The notes under the pieces: model-generated | Database searches by the model: none | Seen by the model: the letters and a program-made list of their open reading frames with translations, nothing else | Told to the model about the DNA's origin: nothing | Assembly (NCBI GenBank): GCA_965262815.1 | Contig: OZ253560.1 | Coordinates: 2,313,158-2,377,157, forward strand | Length of the DNA stretch: 64,000 nucleotides | Direction of reading: 5' to 3' | Source: a bacterium | Lineage (GTDB): Bacteria; JAAXHH01 | Made by a program: the position numbers and the translations under genes | Shown here: positions 8,509 to 18,063 of the stretch, piece after piece | Position numbering within the stretch: the first letter of the stretch is position 1 | Layout: each line of letters opens with the position of its first letter

Positions 8509-9462
8509 TCACGCCCACTTGAACACCACCCCCAGCACTTCCCTGGGATGGTCTGCGAGCATATCGTAAACGGATTGGCAATCGGAGGGGCTGACTTCGT
8601 GGGTGACCAGGTCTTCGATCGGTAGTTTTCCTTCTCCCATCAACCTCAGGACGAGGTCTCGGTCCCTGCGCTTGCTCCAGGGATAGTACATTCCATCTTC
8701 ATCAGGTGTTTTGGGCTGGTGCGCACCCAGGATCGTGACTTCACGCAGATGGACTTCCGCGAAAAAGCTCACTTCGACTGAACCACGGGGAGAACCGAGC
8801 GCGAGCAACCGGCCTCCCAGCCTCGGCAGAGTCAGCGCCATGGGATACACGGCAGGGACGCCGGTCGCTTCGATGACCACGTCCGCTCCATCCGTTACGC
8901 AGTGTCGCCGTACTTCACCGGCCACATCGGATACATTTTCAGGGTTGATACATACGTCCACACCGCGGCTCCTGGCTTTTCCCAGCCTGAATTCATCCAA
9001 ATCGACGGCGATAACCGGGACAGCGCCGCTCAACTTAGCGAAAGAAGCCGCCAGTTGACCTACGATACCCATGCCGGTAATTACAACGGCCTCACCCAGT
9101 TCCGGACGAGCCACCCGATGTCCGTGCAACGAGGTCGCGCACATGACCATGAAGGCGGCCGCCCTCGGTGATACATTTCCCGGCACTTTGTTAATCAAAC
9201 CCGAAAGAATGGAATGACTCGCATGACCGCCTTGCCCTGCCACGCAATCACCTGGAACAAGTCCATGCACATCCTTGCCTGTCTCGATGACGATTCCCGT
9301 ATTGCAATAACCTGTAGTCCTTGGGAATTGCACAGTACCGGTTGGTTCGCGCCCGTGTATATAATTGTAGGTCTCGGTACCCACACTGACGGCAGTGTAA
9401 TCATTTTGTACAAGAACACCATCATCCGGTATGGGTGGGAGTTCACACTCCGACAATTTCAT
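8509..9462 (-). CDS. Zinc-type medium-chain dehydrogenase/reductase (MDR)
   Basis: Track ORF 8509..9501 starts at a TTG in AT-rich sequence. ATG 9462 (MKLSECELPPIPDDGVLV...) fits MDR N-termini better. The Rossmann motif GMGIVG is present. Confidence 0.8.
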   Translation of the reverse strand: MKLSECELPPIPDDGVLVQNDYTAVSVGTETYNYIHGREPTGTVQFPRTTGYCNTGIVIETGKDVHGLVPGDCVAGQGGHASHSILSGLINKVPGNVSPRAAAFMVMCATSLHGHRVARPELGEAVVITGMGIVGQLAASFAKLSGAVPVIAVDLDEFRLGKARSRGVDVCINPENVSDVAGEVRRHCVTDGADVVIEATGVPAVYPMALTLPRLGGRLLALGSPRGSVEVSFFAEVHLREVTILGAHQPKTPDEDGMYYPWSKRRDRDLVLRLMGEGKLPIEDLVTHEVSPSDCQSVYDMLADHPREVLGVVFKWA

Positions 9463-9632
9463 TTTACGAAAATCAGTGTTTATTATTCTTTGTATTTTCA
9501 AGATATGTTATTACAACGAGGCTATACGTGAGGAAATATAAATGAAGAATCAGGATGCACTGTTTGTTTTCTAATTCGTTCGTGTGATATATCTCTTACA
9601 CGTCCTAAAGGAAAATCCATGAAGTAGGTGAT

Positions 9633-9864
9633 AATGTACAATTAGGGTTTTGTTTATACAGTTACCGGAGTGTGGCGTACAATTCTCCATTTATTTATAC
9701 GCGGGTCAGCTAGTGGTTGTACAATGAACCATATATTTATATACGTAGCTTATGTACAATACTCATCTCTTTTGTACACCCAATAGTCTCTTTTGTACTA
9801 TTCTATCTTGTTTTGTACAGCCTCTTATATCGTTCGTACAATTCAGTTGGTTATTTGTACATAT
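9633..9864. repeat. Left array: 9 canonical (plus 2-3 degenerate) TTTGTACA(AT) boxes with ~20-21 bp phasing
   Basis: GTAC cores start at 9636, 9677, 9719, 9754, 9774, 9795, 9815, 9836 and 9857. Degenerate in-phase TTTATAC boxes lie at 9656 and 9697. Confidence 0.8.
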
Positions 9865-10134
9865 CTCCAAATCACCCATTTGCCACGATTTTACTAGACC
9901 TGGTCCTCATATCTCTCGTTTACTCCTCCAATACCCTACTTCGCATAATAGATATTATGTAAATCTAATTATGATCTTTCCCGGATCCCTGAGGGTCAGG
10001 GGTGGGTCGAAACTACCCATTAAATCTTGTATTTCGGTCCTAAATTCGTATATCGGAAGCATCTTCTGCCCGGTTTTACCCAGTTCGATCCCCGTTCGCG
10101 GGTCGATAACACCCAATTTCGGCTTAAATGCCCT

Positions 10135-10248
10135 ATTGTACAATTGATATCCTTTTTGTACGATTCGTCCGGGTGATTGTACAATTGTAATATGGTTTGT
10201 ACAATCGTCCGCGTGGGTGTGTACAATTAGTATTATCATTGTACATAG
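10135..10248. repeat. Right array: 6 (A/T)TTGTACAAT boxes with 20-22 bp phasing
   Basis: GTAC cores start at 10138, 10158, 10179, 10199, 10221 and 10241. Confidence 0.8.
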
Positions 10249-10319
10249 GCTCGGCGGCTTGCCGAATGTCAAAGACTGGCAGAATCAGATTACCCGAAGA
10301 TACAACAGTTCAATAAACC

Positions 10320-11768
10320 TCAGCCTTCTTCCAGGGAAGCGTATTTCCAATCATCGAGTCGCGTGAGTCCTGAAGAGTCAAATTCAAAGCCGACTCCGAA
10401 AGGGCTCGTCGTAACGCTTTCTATCTTGATCTGGCCTCGCTGTACATTCATGTATGGAAATCCGTCCCTGTGTATGCTGAACAGATCAGGATGGTTTTCT
10501 GTGACCTTCTTCTGTATTTCATCGGGCCAGACCGTTAAACCTTTGAAATAATGATGGCTGTTTCGTTCGGTGTGGTCAACCCCTAAAGTGGCCAGTACCG
10601 AAAGATCCTGCATCAAGGCGATCGGTGCGATGTTAGAGAGATCCTCGCTCGTTAACACATAACGCCGGTCTGGATGCTGTTGCGACAGGTATTTCAGATA
10701 TGCCATGTTTGAAATACCCTTGAAGACTCCTTTGCAGTTCTTGTAACTGGTACCCGCATATCCGATTTCGACGGCCTTTTGCACGTCTCCAATATCGCCG
10801 TCGGATTCGTCGATGATGAAGGGAGGTCGATCCGGCCACGTTTCGAAATGATGCCTGACTTCCTCTTCCAACGCGATATTGCGGTGCAATGGCTGTTCGA
10901 TACAGATGAGACGTCCCATGAAACCGGCCAGGGTCCGGTCCGCCCGCAAGGCCTCCCAGAACGATCTGAACGCTTCCATGTGGCCGTAGTTTTCATTTCC
11001 GTCCAGGGTAAATGCGTAGTGGTCCAGACGGCCATCTATAATCTCCGCCGTTTGCTTCAGGCGGCTGAAATCCCGTTCCTCATCGCCGAACAGCTTGATC
11101 TTGAAGTAGGATATGCCATAGGTGTCGATGACCTCGTCCAGCGACTGGGGAAGACCGTCGTTGCACAGCTCCTCCGGAGGGATATCCGCCCGCGTCAGGG
11201 GGTCACCGAGTCCCACCGTATGCCGCACGCTTGTTTCCGTCGCCGGCTTTGGAGGTAATACGTCGGCGGGTTTAAGTCCCTTCAGTCGAGTGTTGAAAAC
11301 GTCAAAGCGCAGGCCGAAGGCATTGGAGCGCACGGCCAGGCCGAAATTCGTGCCCTGTAAGCGACAGAAAGCCTCAATCATGGCCCGTTCCACCAAGCTG
11401 GTTCCCAAACCCCAGAGAAGGGACGGAAAATCCTTCTCCGTTCCCCAGGATTTCTGTGCACGGTAGAGTTCCTGCCAGAGCGTGAATAAATCGTGCCCTG
11501 GACCGATGGCCAGCGCTGCCGCACTGGCGTGTCGGACGACCGCGATCATGTCCCCCACTTCTTCCTCGAGGGAGGTTTCGGGATTCTTCGTGAACCACTT
11601 CGGGGGGAGGTGGTCCGCCGAGTAACCCCGGGCTGTCTGCCCGTTCGCTTCCAGTTCCAGGCCGAGCACGAGGTGAGGTACGGCCGTCATCGTGGATATG
11701 CCGAATTTGAACGGCATGCGGGTTCGCATGTTCTGGACCCGAAGGTCGATCTCATTTATTCTGATCAT
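10320..11768 (-). CDS. Enolase-superfamily enzyme (mandelate racemase/muconate lactonising enzyme-like), divergent
   Basis: 482 aa. KIKLFG (KxK), TLDGNENY, CIEQP and IIDESD motifs occur in the order expected for the metal ligands of this superfamily. Confidence 0.55.
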   Translation of the reverse strand: MIRINEIDLRVQNMRTRMPFKFGISTMTAVPHLVLGLELEANGQTARGYSADHLPPKWFTKNPETSLEEEVGDMIAVVRHASAAALAIGPGHDLFTLWQELYRAQKSWGTEKDFPSLLWGLGTSLVERAMIEAFCRLQGTNFGLAVRSNAFGLRFDVFNTRLKGLKPADVLPPKPATETSVRHTVGLGDPLTRADIPPEELCNDGLPQSLDEVIDTYGISYFKIKLFGDEERDFSRLKQTAEIIDGRLDHYAFTLDGNENYGHMEAFRSFWEALRADRTLAGFMGRLICIEQPLHRNIALEEEVRHHFETWPDRPPFIIDESDGDIGDVQKAVEIGYAGTSYKNCKGVFKGISNMAYLKYLSQQHPDRRYVLTSEDLSNIAPIALMQDLSVLATLGVDHTERNSHHYFKGLTVWPDEIQKKVTENHPDLFSIHRDGFPYMNVQRGQIKIESVTTSPFGVGFEFDSSGLTRLDDWKYASLEEG

Positions 11769-11787
11769 GAATCCTGCCTGAGGGACG

Positions 11788-12126
11788 TCAGCTCCTGCTC
11801 TTGACCATCCCGCTGAGTAGGGCTACGACGACCGAAATGATAAAAGATGCGATCAGGGCATCCCAGAAACCGCCCACGTTGAATCCGTTGACCAGCCACG
11901 CGGCCAGGCTCAGCATGCCGGCGTTGATTACAAGAAGAAAGAATCCCAGCGTGAGCATGCTCAGGGGTAACGTCAGGAACACGACGACGGGTCTCACGAT
12001 CGTATTGATCAGGCCCAGGACAACGGCGGCGATGACCGCGGTGGTGATAGAATCGACTTCGATGCCGCTGTACACATTGGTCACCAGAAGTATCGCCAGG
12101 GTCGTGAGGATCAGTCTCAGTATCAT
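11788..12126 (-). CDS. DUF360 / phage-holin-4_2 family small membrane protein (YvlD-like)
   Basis: 112 aa, 3-4 TM segments, with ...NTIVRPVVVFLTLPLSMLTLGFFLLVINA... closely resembling YvlD-type proteins. Confidence 0.75.
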   Translation of the reverse strand: MILRLILTTLAILLVTNVYSGIEVDSITTAVIAAVVLGLINTIVRPVVVFLTLPLSMLTLGFFLLVINAGMLSLAAWLVNGFNVGGFWDALIASFIISVVVALLSGMVKSRS

Positions 12127-12575
12127 CGTCCCGTGTGCCCGTAACCACCCGCGCCGCGCTCCGTTTCGTCGAGGCGGTCGACCTCTTCGAAGACCACGGT
12201 CGGAACGGTACCGATTACCAGTTGGGCGATTCTATCCTGGTCTCGAACCCGGAACGGCCGTTCACCGAAGTTGAAAAGAAGCACCTTGATTTCTCCGCGG
12301 TAGTCCGAGTCGATCGTACCCGGGCTGTTCAGCACGCCGACCTTGTGTTTCAACGCCAGGCCGCTTCGTGGCCGCACCTGGCCTTCGTATCCTTGGGGCA
12401 GTGCGACGGCGTATCCCGTCCCGATCAGTTCGAGTTGTTTCGGGGCGATATCCACCGGTTCATCCACACAGGCGTACAGATCAAGCCCGGTCGAACCGGG
12501 TGTCATCTGCCGCGGCATCGGGTGGGGCTTCTCCGGCCGCGTCGACGTGATGGGTATGACGACTGGCGTGCTCAT
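12123..12575 (-). CDS. dut: dUTP diphosphatase
   Basis: 150 aa with GLDLYA, RSGLALKHKV, GTIDSDYRGEI and ERGAGGYGHTG motifs. Confidence 0.9.
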   Translation of the reverse strand: MSTPVVIPITSTRPEKPHPMPRQMTPGSTGLDLYACVDEPVDIAPKQLELIGTGYAVALPQGYEGQVRPRSGLALKHKVGVLNSPGTIDSDYRGEIKVLLFNFGERPFRVRDQDRIAQLVIGTVPTVVFEEVDRLDETERGAGGYGHTGR

Positions 12576-13864
12576 AGGGCGATATCGTCTTCTGATAAGG
12601 GACCGACCGCCGACAAGTACGTATTGTCCAGCGTGAAAAGTGACTCGGACAGGCCGGTTATGTCGGCCGCGGTCACGCTTTCCAGCTTCCGGACGGTTTC
12701 TTCCACGGTGGAATAGGCGTTGTCGTAGATTTCCGCCCGCGCGAGCCTGTTCATCACGCTGCCGGACTCTTCCAGCGACAGGTACAGGCTACCGGTCAGT
12801 TGGGACCTCGTATCGCGGAGCTCCTCCTCCGGTACGGGTTGCTCGCGTAGTACCCGGCACTCATGCCGAATCATATCGATCGTACGCTGTGCGTCCGAAG
12901 GATCCACACCGACACTGATACAGATCTGGCCGGTATCCTGGTAGAATTCCACGTCCGAATAGATCGAATAGGCCAGCCCGGCCTCCTCGCGTACTTTCTG
13001 GAAAAGTCGCGAGGTCATCCCGCCGCCCAGGATGGCGTTCAACAGGAACAGGGCGTATTTCGATGTATGGGCGTAGGGCAATCCTATGCCGCCCAGGCAG
13101 AGATGTACCTGGGATATGTCTTTACTCAGCACTCGTTTGTTCAGTCGTCTCGAATCGGGCTGGGCATCAGTATCTACATGCTTGCCCGTACCGGGGAAAT
13201 CATACTGGTTGCCGACCAGTTCGACCAGCGCTTCGTGATCCACATGGCCCGCGGCCACGACATATATCCGCTCGTTCCGGTAACGGTCTCTCAAGTACTC
13301 TACGAGGTGGCTTCGTGTGAAGGATGAGACGGACGGCGCGTCGCCCAGGATCGGCCGGCTCAGGGGATGGGGTTGCCAGACCAGGTTGGCGTACAGCTCG
13401 CTGACCAGGTCTTCCGGGTTGTCTTCAAGGCCGTGTATCTCCTCGATGACCACCATCTTTTCCTTTTCGATTTCGTGCGGATCGAATCGGGAAGATTGCA
13501 GCAAATCACCGATCACGTCCACGGCGACCGGCAGGTGGCTGTCCATCACGCGGACGAAGTAACAGTTGAGTTCCCTGCCTGTGAACGCGTTGAGGTATCC
13601 CCCAAGGCTTTCAATGCTCTGGGCGATCTGGTACGCGTTGCGCCTTTCGGTGCCCTTGAACACCGCGTGTTCGAGAAAATGGGCGATTCCGGGCTTTTCC
13701 GGGGGTTCAAACCGCGTTCCAGACCACACCCATACGCCCATCGTCACGGACCGGACGTGAGGCATGTACTCCGATACCACCCGGATGCCGTTGGGAAGCA
13801 CGGTTTTTCGGTAACGTTCGGTCGATTCTGCCAAAGGGGGATCTACAGGAAAGGTCGCCGCCAT
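12572..13864 (-). CDS. M16-family zinc metallopeptidase (insulinase-like)
   Basis: 430 aa with the inverted zinc motif HFLEHAVFKGT. Confidence 0.85.
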   Translation of the reverse strand: MAATFPVDPPLAESTERYRKTVLPNGIRVVSEYMPHVRSVTMGVWVWSGTRFEPPEKPGIAHFLEHAVFKGTERRNAYQIAQSIESLGGYLNAFTGRELNCYFVRVMDSHLPVAVDVIGDLLQSSRFDPHEIEKEKMVVIEEIHGLEDNPEDLVSELYANLVWQPHPLSRPILGDAPSVSSFTRSHLVEYLRDRYRNERIYVVAAGHVDHEALVELVGNQYDFPGTGKHVDTDAQPDSRRLNKRVLSKDISQVHLCLGGIGLPYAHTSKYALFLLNAILGGGMTSRLFQKVREEAGLAYSIYSDVEFYQDTGQICISVGVDPSDAQRTIDMIRHECRVLREQPVPEEELRDTRSQLTGSLYLSLEESGSVMNRLARAEIYDNAYSTVEETVRKLESVTAADITGLSESLFTLDNTYLSAVGPLSEDDIAL

Positions 13865-13917
13865 GGCACCTGATCAGGCGATGCGCATGACGGCGACGGA
13901 CGGATCGATGGCTCCGG

Positions 13918-16002
13918 TCAGTTCGCGGCGAGCACCTGTTTCCGGCTGAGTTTGACTTTGCCCTGATCATCGATATTGATGATCTTCACGGTCACCTCGT
14001 CGCCTTCGTTCGCCACTTCGCGCATGGAGTTCGTCCGGTGGTTTTCCCACTCCGAGATGTGCACCAGACCGTCCTTGCCCGGAATGATCTCGACAAAAGC
14101 GCCGAATTCCACGATTCGTTTCACGGTGCCCTGGTAGACCTTTCCGATCTCGGGTTCTTCTGTCATACCCTCGATGATCTTCTTGGCCCGTTCACCGGCA
14201 GACGCATCGACGGCGGCGATCGTTACCGTACCGTCGTTCTCGATGTTGATCTGCGCACCAGTCTCCTCCTGGATGCCGCGTATCACCTTGCCACCGGGAC
14301 CGATTATGGAACCGATCTGGTCCTGTTTAACCTGGACGGTCAGGATGCGCGGTGCGTATTCGGACATTTCCTTGCGCGGTTCGGCAATGGTCTCCGCCAT
14401 CTTGTCCAGAATGAACAGACGCGCCTTCTTCGCCCGGGCAAAGGATTCGCGTAAAATCTCCTCGTTGACGGCCATGACCTTGACGTCGAGCTGCACCGAA
14501 GTGATGCCTTCCCGCGTGCCGGCGACCTTGAAATCCATACCACCCAGGTGATCCTCCACGCCCTGGATGTCGACCAGGTACTGGGGTTTGGGATCATCGG
14601 GGATCAGGCCGATGTTCACCCCGGCCACGGGGCTCTTTATGGGCACGCCCGCATCCATCAGGGACAGGGTCGCACCGCAAACGGTGGCCATGGACGAAGA
14701 ACTGTTGGATTCCAGGATCTCGGAGACGATGCGGAGCGTATATGGAAACACATCTTCCGAGGGGATCACGGGGGCTATGGCGTGCTCCGCCAGTGAGCCG
14801 TGGCCGATATCGCGCGGCCGGGGTCCCCTGGCCATGCGTACTTCGCCGACGCTGAACGACGGGAAATTGTAATGCAGCATGAAGGATTTCAGCGAATCGC
14901 CTTCAAGATCATCCTGCTTCATCTCGTCGAGTTTGGAACCCAGTGTCGTCACGGTCAGGGACTGCGTTTCGCCACGGGTAAAAAGCGCCGAACCGTGGGT
15001 CCGGGGCAGCACGCCAACTTCCGTCCAGATGGGACGTATGTCGTCCACTCCCCGGCCGTCGACGCGCACGCCTTCATTCTTGATCATGTCATGCATATCG
15101 GCGCTTTGCACGTCGTGCACCAGGTCGCGAATGATGTTCTCGCTGTCCGGAAATTCTTCCGCCAACTGCTCGACGGCCAGGTCCGCGGCCCTGCTGAAAC
15201 AATCACCCCGGGCCTTTTTCTCCCGGGTCCGGTTGCCCTCTTTGACCAGGGGCAGGGCTATTTCCCGTACGCGGCCGACGAGTTCGGGATCCGTCTTCAG
15301 CGAATCGTACGTGCGTCTTTCCGGAGCGCCGACCATCTGCCGCAGTTCCTCGATCTTGCCGATGACCGCCTTGATGTTCTCGTGGCAGAGCATGATCGCG
15401 TCGGTGAGGTCTTCTTCCGTGATTTCGTGGGCGTTACCCTCGAGCGACATAATGTGTTCCGACGTGCCGGTAACGACGAAATCAAGATCGCTTTCGTCCC
15501 GGTCGCTGTACGTCGGATTTATAACGAATTCACCGTCCACCCGTCCCACGCGTATTGCGGCGAGGGGGGCCTTGAAAGGAATGTCCGAGATATGCAGGGC
15601 GGCGGCAGCGCCGATTGCACCCAGCACGTCATGGTCGTTTTCCATGTCCGTGGAAAGAACGAGGATGGAAACCTGCGTTTCGTAAAAGTAGTCCTTGGGG
15701 AAAAGGGGTCGTATGGCGTGATCGACCTGTCGGCCGCTCAGGATCTCCTTCTCCGAAGGCGGTCCTTCTCTCCGAAACCGCGCGCCGGGAATACGTCCCG
15801 CCGCGTACATTCTCTCTCGATAATCCACCATCAGTGGAAGATAATCCCTGCCTTCCACAAACCTGTACTCTGAAACCACATTGGCCAGAATCACAGTCTC
15901 GCCATACTGAACCCAGACCGATGAATCCGCCTGCTTGGCGACCTTACCGGTCTCGAGGGTCAACGTTCTTCCAGCCAGTTCGAGCTCAACACGATGTGCC
16001 AT
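13918..16002 (-). CDS. pnp: Polyribonucleotide nucleotidyltransferase (PNPase)
   Basis: The track ORF extends to 16050, but MAHRVELELAGRTLTLETGK at 16002 matches PNPase N-termini. KH and S1 domains are at the C-terminus. Confidence 0.9.
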   Translation of the reverse strand: MAHRVELELAGRTLTLETGKVAKQADSSVWVQYGETVILANVVSEYRFVEGRDYLPLMVDYRERMYAAGRIPGARFRREGPPSEKEILSGRQVDHAIRPLFPKDYFYETQVSILVLSTDMENDHDVLGAIGAAAALHISDIPFKAPLAAIRVGRVDGEFVINPTYSDRDESDLDFVVTGTSEHIMSLEGNAHEITEEDLTDAIMLCHENIKAVIGKIEELRQMVGAPERRTYDSLKTDPELVGRVREIALPLVKEGNRTREKKARGDCFSRAADLAVEQLAEEFPDSENIIRDLVHDVQSADMHDMIKNEGVRVDGRGVDDIRPIWTEVGVLPRTHGSALFTRGETQSLTVTTLGSKLDEMKQDDLEGDSLKSFMLHYNFPSFSVGEVRMARGPRPRDIGHGSLAEHAIAPVIPSEDVFPYTLRIVSEILESNSSSSMATVCGATLSLMDAGVPIKSPVAGVNIGLIPDDPKPQYLVDIQGVEDHLGGMDFKVAGTREGITSVQLDVKVMAVNEEILRESFARAKKARLFILDKMAETIAEPRKEMSEYAPRILTVQVKQDQIGSIIGPGGKVIRGIQEETGAQINIENDGTVTIAAVDASAGERAKKIIEGMTEEPEIGKVYQGTVKRIVEFGAFVEIIPGKDGLVHISEWENHRTNSMREVANEGDEVTVKIINIDDQGKVKLSRKQVLAAN

Positions 16003-16062
16003 AATACGAAGTCTTCTCCTTGAAACGTCAACGGATGGCCACATAGCCATCTTTCCGTGGGT

Positions 16063-16332
16063 TTAACCGCGGATACCCAGATCTTTGATTAATGTACGAT
16101 ACCGTTCGATGTCGTGCTTTCGCAGGTAGGAGAGCAACCGTCGACGCCGCCCTACTATTTTCAGTAGCCCGCGCAGTGAATGATGGTCCTTCTTATGGAC
16201 CTTGAAATGCTCCGTCAGTTCAGTGACTCGCGCGGTCATGAGGGCGATCTGCGCCTCGGGGGACCCCGTATCCTTTTCGTGACGGCCGTGTTCGACCAGG
16301 ATCTTCTCTTTCTGTTCTTTCTCTATGCTCAC
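16063..16332 (-). CDS. rpsO: 30S ribosomal protein S15
   Basis: 89 aa with [38 protein letters not shown]. Confidence 0.95.
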   Translation of the reverse strand: MSIEKEQKEKILVEHGRHEKDTGSPEAQIALMTARVTELTEHFKVHKKDHHSLRGLLKIVGRRRRLLSYLRKHDIERYRTLIKDLGIRG

Positions 16333-16431
16333 TAAACGATCTCCTTAATTATGAATTGACTGTGATCGGCCGGGCTGCCTGGTCCGGATGGTCTGCCCGG
16401 TTCAACGGGTCCGCTGGTCCGCCTGGTTCGA

Positions 16432-17364
16432 TCACGCTTTCAACATGTTATACGTCGTATACACATCCTTTGAAATCTGGTCTTTAAGCGCCTCGATGGA
16501 CGAGAACCGTTTCTCGTCCCTGATTCGCTCTACGAACTCGACCTGTATGGACTGACTGTACAGATCCCCTTCAAAATCGAGAATATGTACCTCGCAGTGT
16601 TCTCCACCCTGACCGAATGTCGGACGCGTGCCGATGTTCATCACGCCGTTCAGCACCGTTTGGTCCAGGTGTACGCGAACCGCGTAGACACCCCGCTTCG
16701 GGATCAGGGTATGAGGATCGTGCGTTTCCAGATTTGCGGTGGGAAACCGCAACTGGCTGCCCCGTCCATCTCCTCGAACCACGGTGCCCGCGATCACATA
16801 AGGGTGGCCGAGCATACGCTCGGCGGCATTGATTTCTCCCGCGGAAAGGAGGGCTCGAATATTGCTGCTGTTTACGGGACTCCCCTCCACTTGTATCGGT
16901 TGAACCACATGGGTCGCGAAACCGTACCGCATGCTCAACCGTTCCAGTAACAACCGGTCTCCTTTTCCGTGTCTCCCGAAATTGTGGCTATAGCCAACGA
17001 TGATCTCCCGTATATCCAGCGTATCTACATATGTCGATGTTACGAATGTCTCCGCCTCGATTCGCGCAAAATCGGTCGTGAAGGGGATGACGAGTATGGC
17101 ATCGATTTTGAAACCTGACAACAGCTCCAGTTTTCGATCGGTCGGCGTCAGAATCGGCAGTGACGGTTTTCTGCCGATTACCAGTTGCGGATGCGGGTCG
17201 AATGTGACGACCATGCAGTGGGCGCGTAATTCATGCGAACGTTCGATCGCCTGCTCAATGATGGCGCGGTGCCCCCGGTGAACGCCATCGAAGTTTCCGA
17301 CTGCTACTACGGCCCGGGGACGGAGTCTTGCGGCATCTTCCACGGAGCGAAGGACCGTCATCAA
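16432..17364 (-). CDS. ribF: Bifunctional riboflavin kinase / FAD synthetase
   Basis: 310 aa with GNFDGVHRGH N-terminally and the riboflavin kinase motif GxRPT (NIGTRPTF). Confidence 0.9.
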   Translation of the reverse strand: MMTVLRSVEDAARLRPRAVVAVGNFDGVHRGHRAIIEQAIERSHELRAHCMVVTFDPHPQLVIGRKPSLPILTPTDRKLELLSGFKIDAILVIPFTTDFARIEAETFVTSTYVDTLDIREIIVGYSHNFGRHGKGDRLLLERLSMRYGFATHVVQPIQVEGSPVNSSNIRALLSAGEINAAERMLGHPYVIAGTVVRGDGRGSQLRFPTANLETHDPHTLIPKRGVYAVRVHLDQTVLNGVMNIGTRPTFGQGGEHCEVHILDFEGDLYSQSIQVEFVERIRDEKRFSSIEALKDQISKDVYTTYNMLKA

Positions 17365-17765
17365 CCTTCGTCTTCCTCTTTTTCCGCCGAGACCCGGTCC
17401 GCCTGGCGGTCCGATTCGTTTTCTGTGGGTTCTATGCTCCTCATTACGTTCGAAATTCGTTGTGCATAGTCGAAGGATTCGTCGTATCTGAAGAGCAGTT
17501 CCGGAATGTGCCTCAGTGTGATCCTTCGGCCGAGTTGCGTCCTGATATACCCTTTGGCTCTTTCAAGTCCCTCCAGGCTCTCTTCCTGGTCCGCCTTAGA
17601 TCCGAGCACGCTGAAATAGACCCGCGCGTGCCTCAGGTCAATGGACACCTCTACGGAGGTCACCGTCACGAATCCTATACGGGGATCCTTCATTTCGTGC
17701 TGAATGATCTGGCTGACTTCCTGTTTGACAAGGTCAGCCACCCGTGCCGTTCGACGGTGTGCCAT
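17361..17765 (-). CDS. rbfA: Ribosome-binding factor A
   Basis: 134 aa with ...EVSQIIQHEMKDPRIGFVTVTSVEVSIDLRHARVYFS... Confidence 0.9.
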   Translation of the reverse strand: MAHRRTARVADLVKQEVSQIIQHEMKDPRIGFVTVTSVEVSIDLRHARVYFSVLGSKADQEESLEGLERAKGYIRTQLGRRITLRHIPELLFRYDESFDYAQRISNVMRSIEPTENESDRQADRVSAEKEEDEG

Positions 17766-17774
17766 TACCTTCTC

Positions 17775-18056
17775 CTAGTACCACTCGAAGGCGTAATCCA
17801 GGACCCGCAACCTGGGTTCATCGTGTACGAGATTCAATATCTGCTGCAGTGTCCGGTCGATATATCCTTTCTCGTCCGACACCATCACGAGACCCAGGGA
17901 CGCCCGCTGCCAGAGCGATTGATGTTCGACCTCGGCGACGGAAACGTTGAATCGATTTCGGATTCGGTCCTTGAGCCCCTTGATCACCTGCCTTTTGGCT
18001 TTAAGCGAGTGGCTTTCAGGTAGAAAGAGGTCGATGCGGCAAAGCCCTACGATCAT
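17775..18056 (-). CDS. DUF503 family protein (YlxP-like)
   Basis: 93 aa with LPESHSLKAKRQV. Conserved position between infB and rbfA. Confidence 0.8.
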   Translation of the reverse strand: MIVGLCRIDLFLPESHSLKAKRQVIKGLKDRIRNRFNVSVAEVEHQSLWQRASLGLVMVSDEKGYIDRTLQQILNLVHDEPRLRVLDYAFEWY

Positions 18057-18063
18057 GGTTTAC

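Larger units (their letters stand above)
9463..10319. other. AT-rich non-coding island between two GC-rich genes
   Basis: Composition drops visibly. It contains the two box arrays listed below and a 281-bp core. ORFs here look like artefacts of the repeats. Confidence 0.7.

Noticed and set aside
10081-10110. tRNA/tmRNA-like GTTCGATCCCC string
   Set aside because: The bases flanking the TTCGATC loop do not form a T-stem, and no acceptor, D or anticodon arms can be drawn.
9633-10248. Whether the repeat arrays are a CRISPR array
   Set aside because: The conserved unit is only 8-10 bp with a 20-21 bp period and variable 'spacers' of ~11-13 bp. That is far below CRISPR repeat and spacer sizes, and there are no cas genes.
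9717-10272. ORFs inside the AT-rich island (9717..9962 +, 9752..10147 +, 9955..10272 -, 10020..10226 -)
   Set aside because: Their length comes from the stop-poor TTGTACA repeat arrays, and the translations are repetitive (LY/CT/IV strings). There is no SD and no family resemblance. A short peptide from the core cannot be excluded and is kept as a low-interest finding.
9463-10319. Chromosomal origin (oriC)
   Set aside because: I could find no TTATCCACA-type DnaA boxes (best partial match TGTGGCGTA). There is no dnaA, dnaN or gidA context, and the flanking genes are metabolic.
11788-12126. Holin-family gene as evidence of a prophage
   Set aside because: DUF360/YvlD-type proteins are common chromosomal membrane proteins. 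The neighbours are dut and an enolase-family enzyme, with no phage structural, lysis or integrase genes.
14800-15873. 357-aa + strand ORF (also 14879..15685 and 14038..14454)
   Set aside because: It is entirely antisense to pnp, which has unmistakable PNPase motifs. The product is Arg/Gly/His/Val-rich with no recognisable family. Such open antisense frames are typical of GC-rich DNA.
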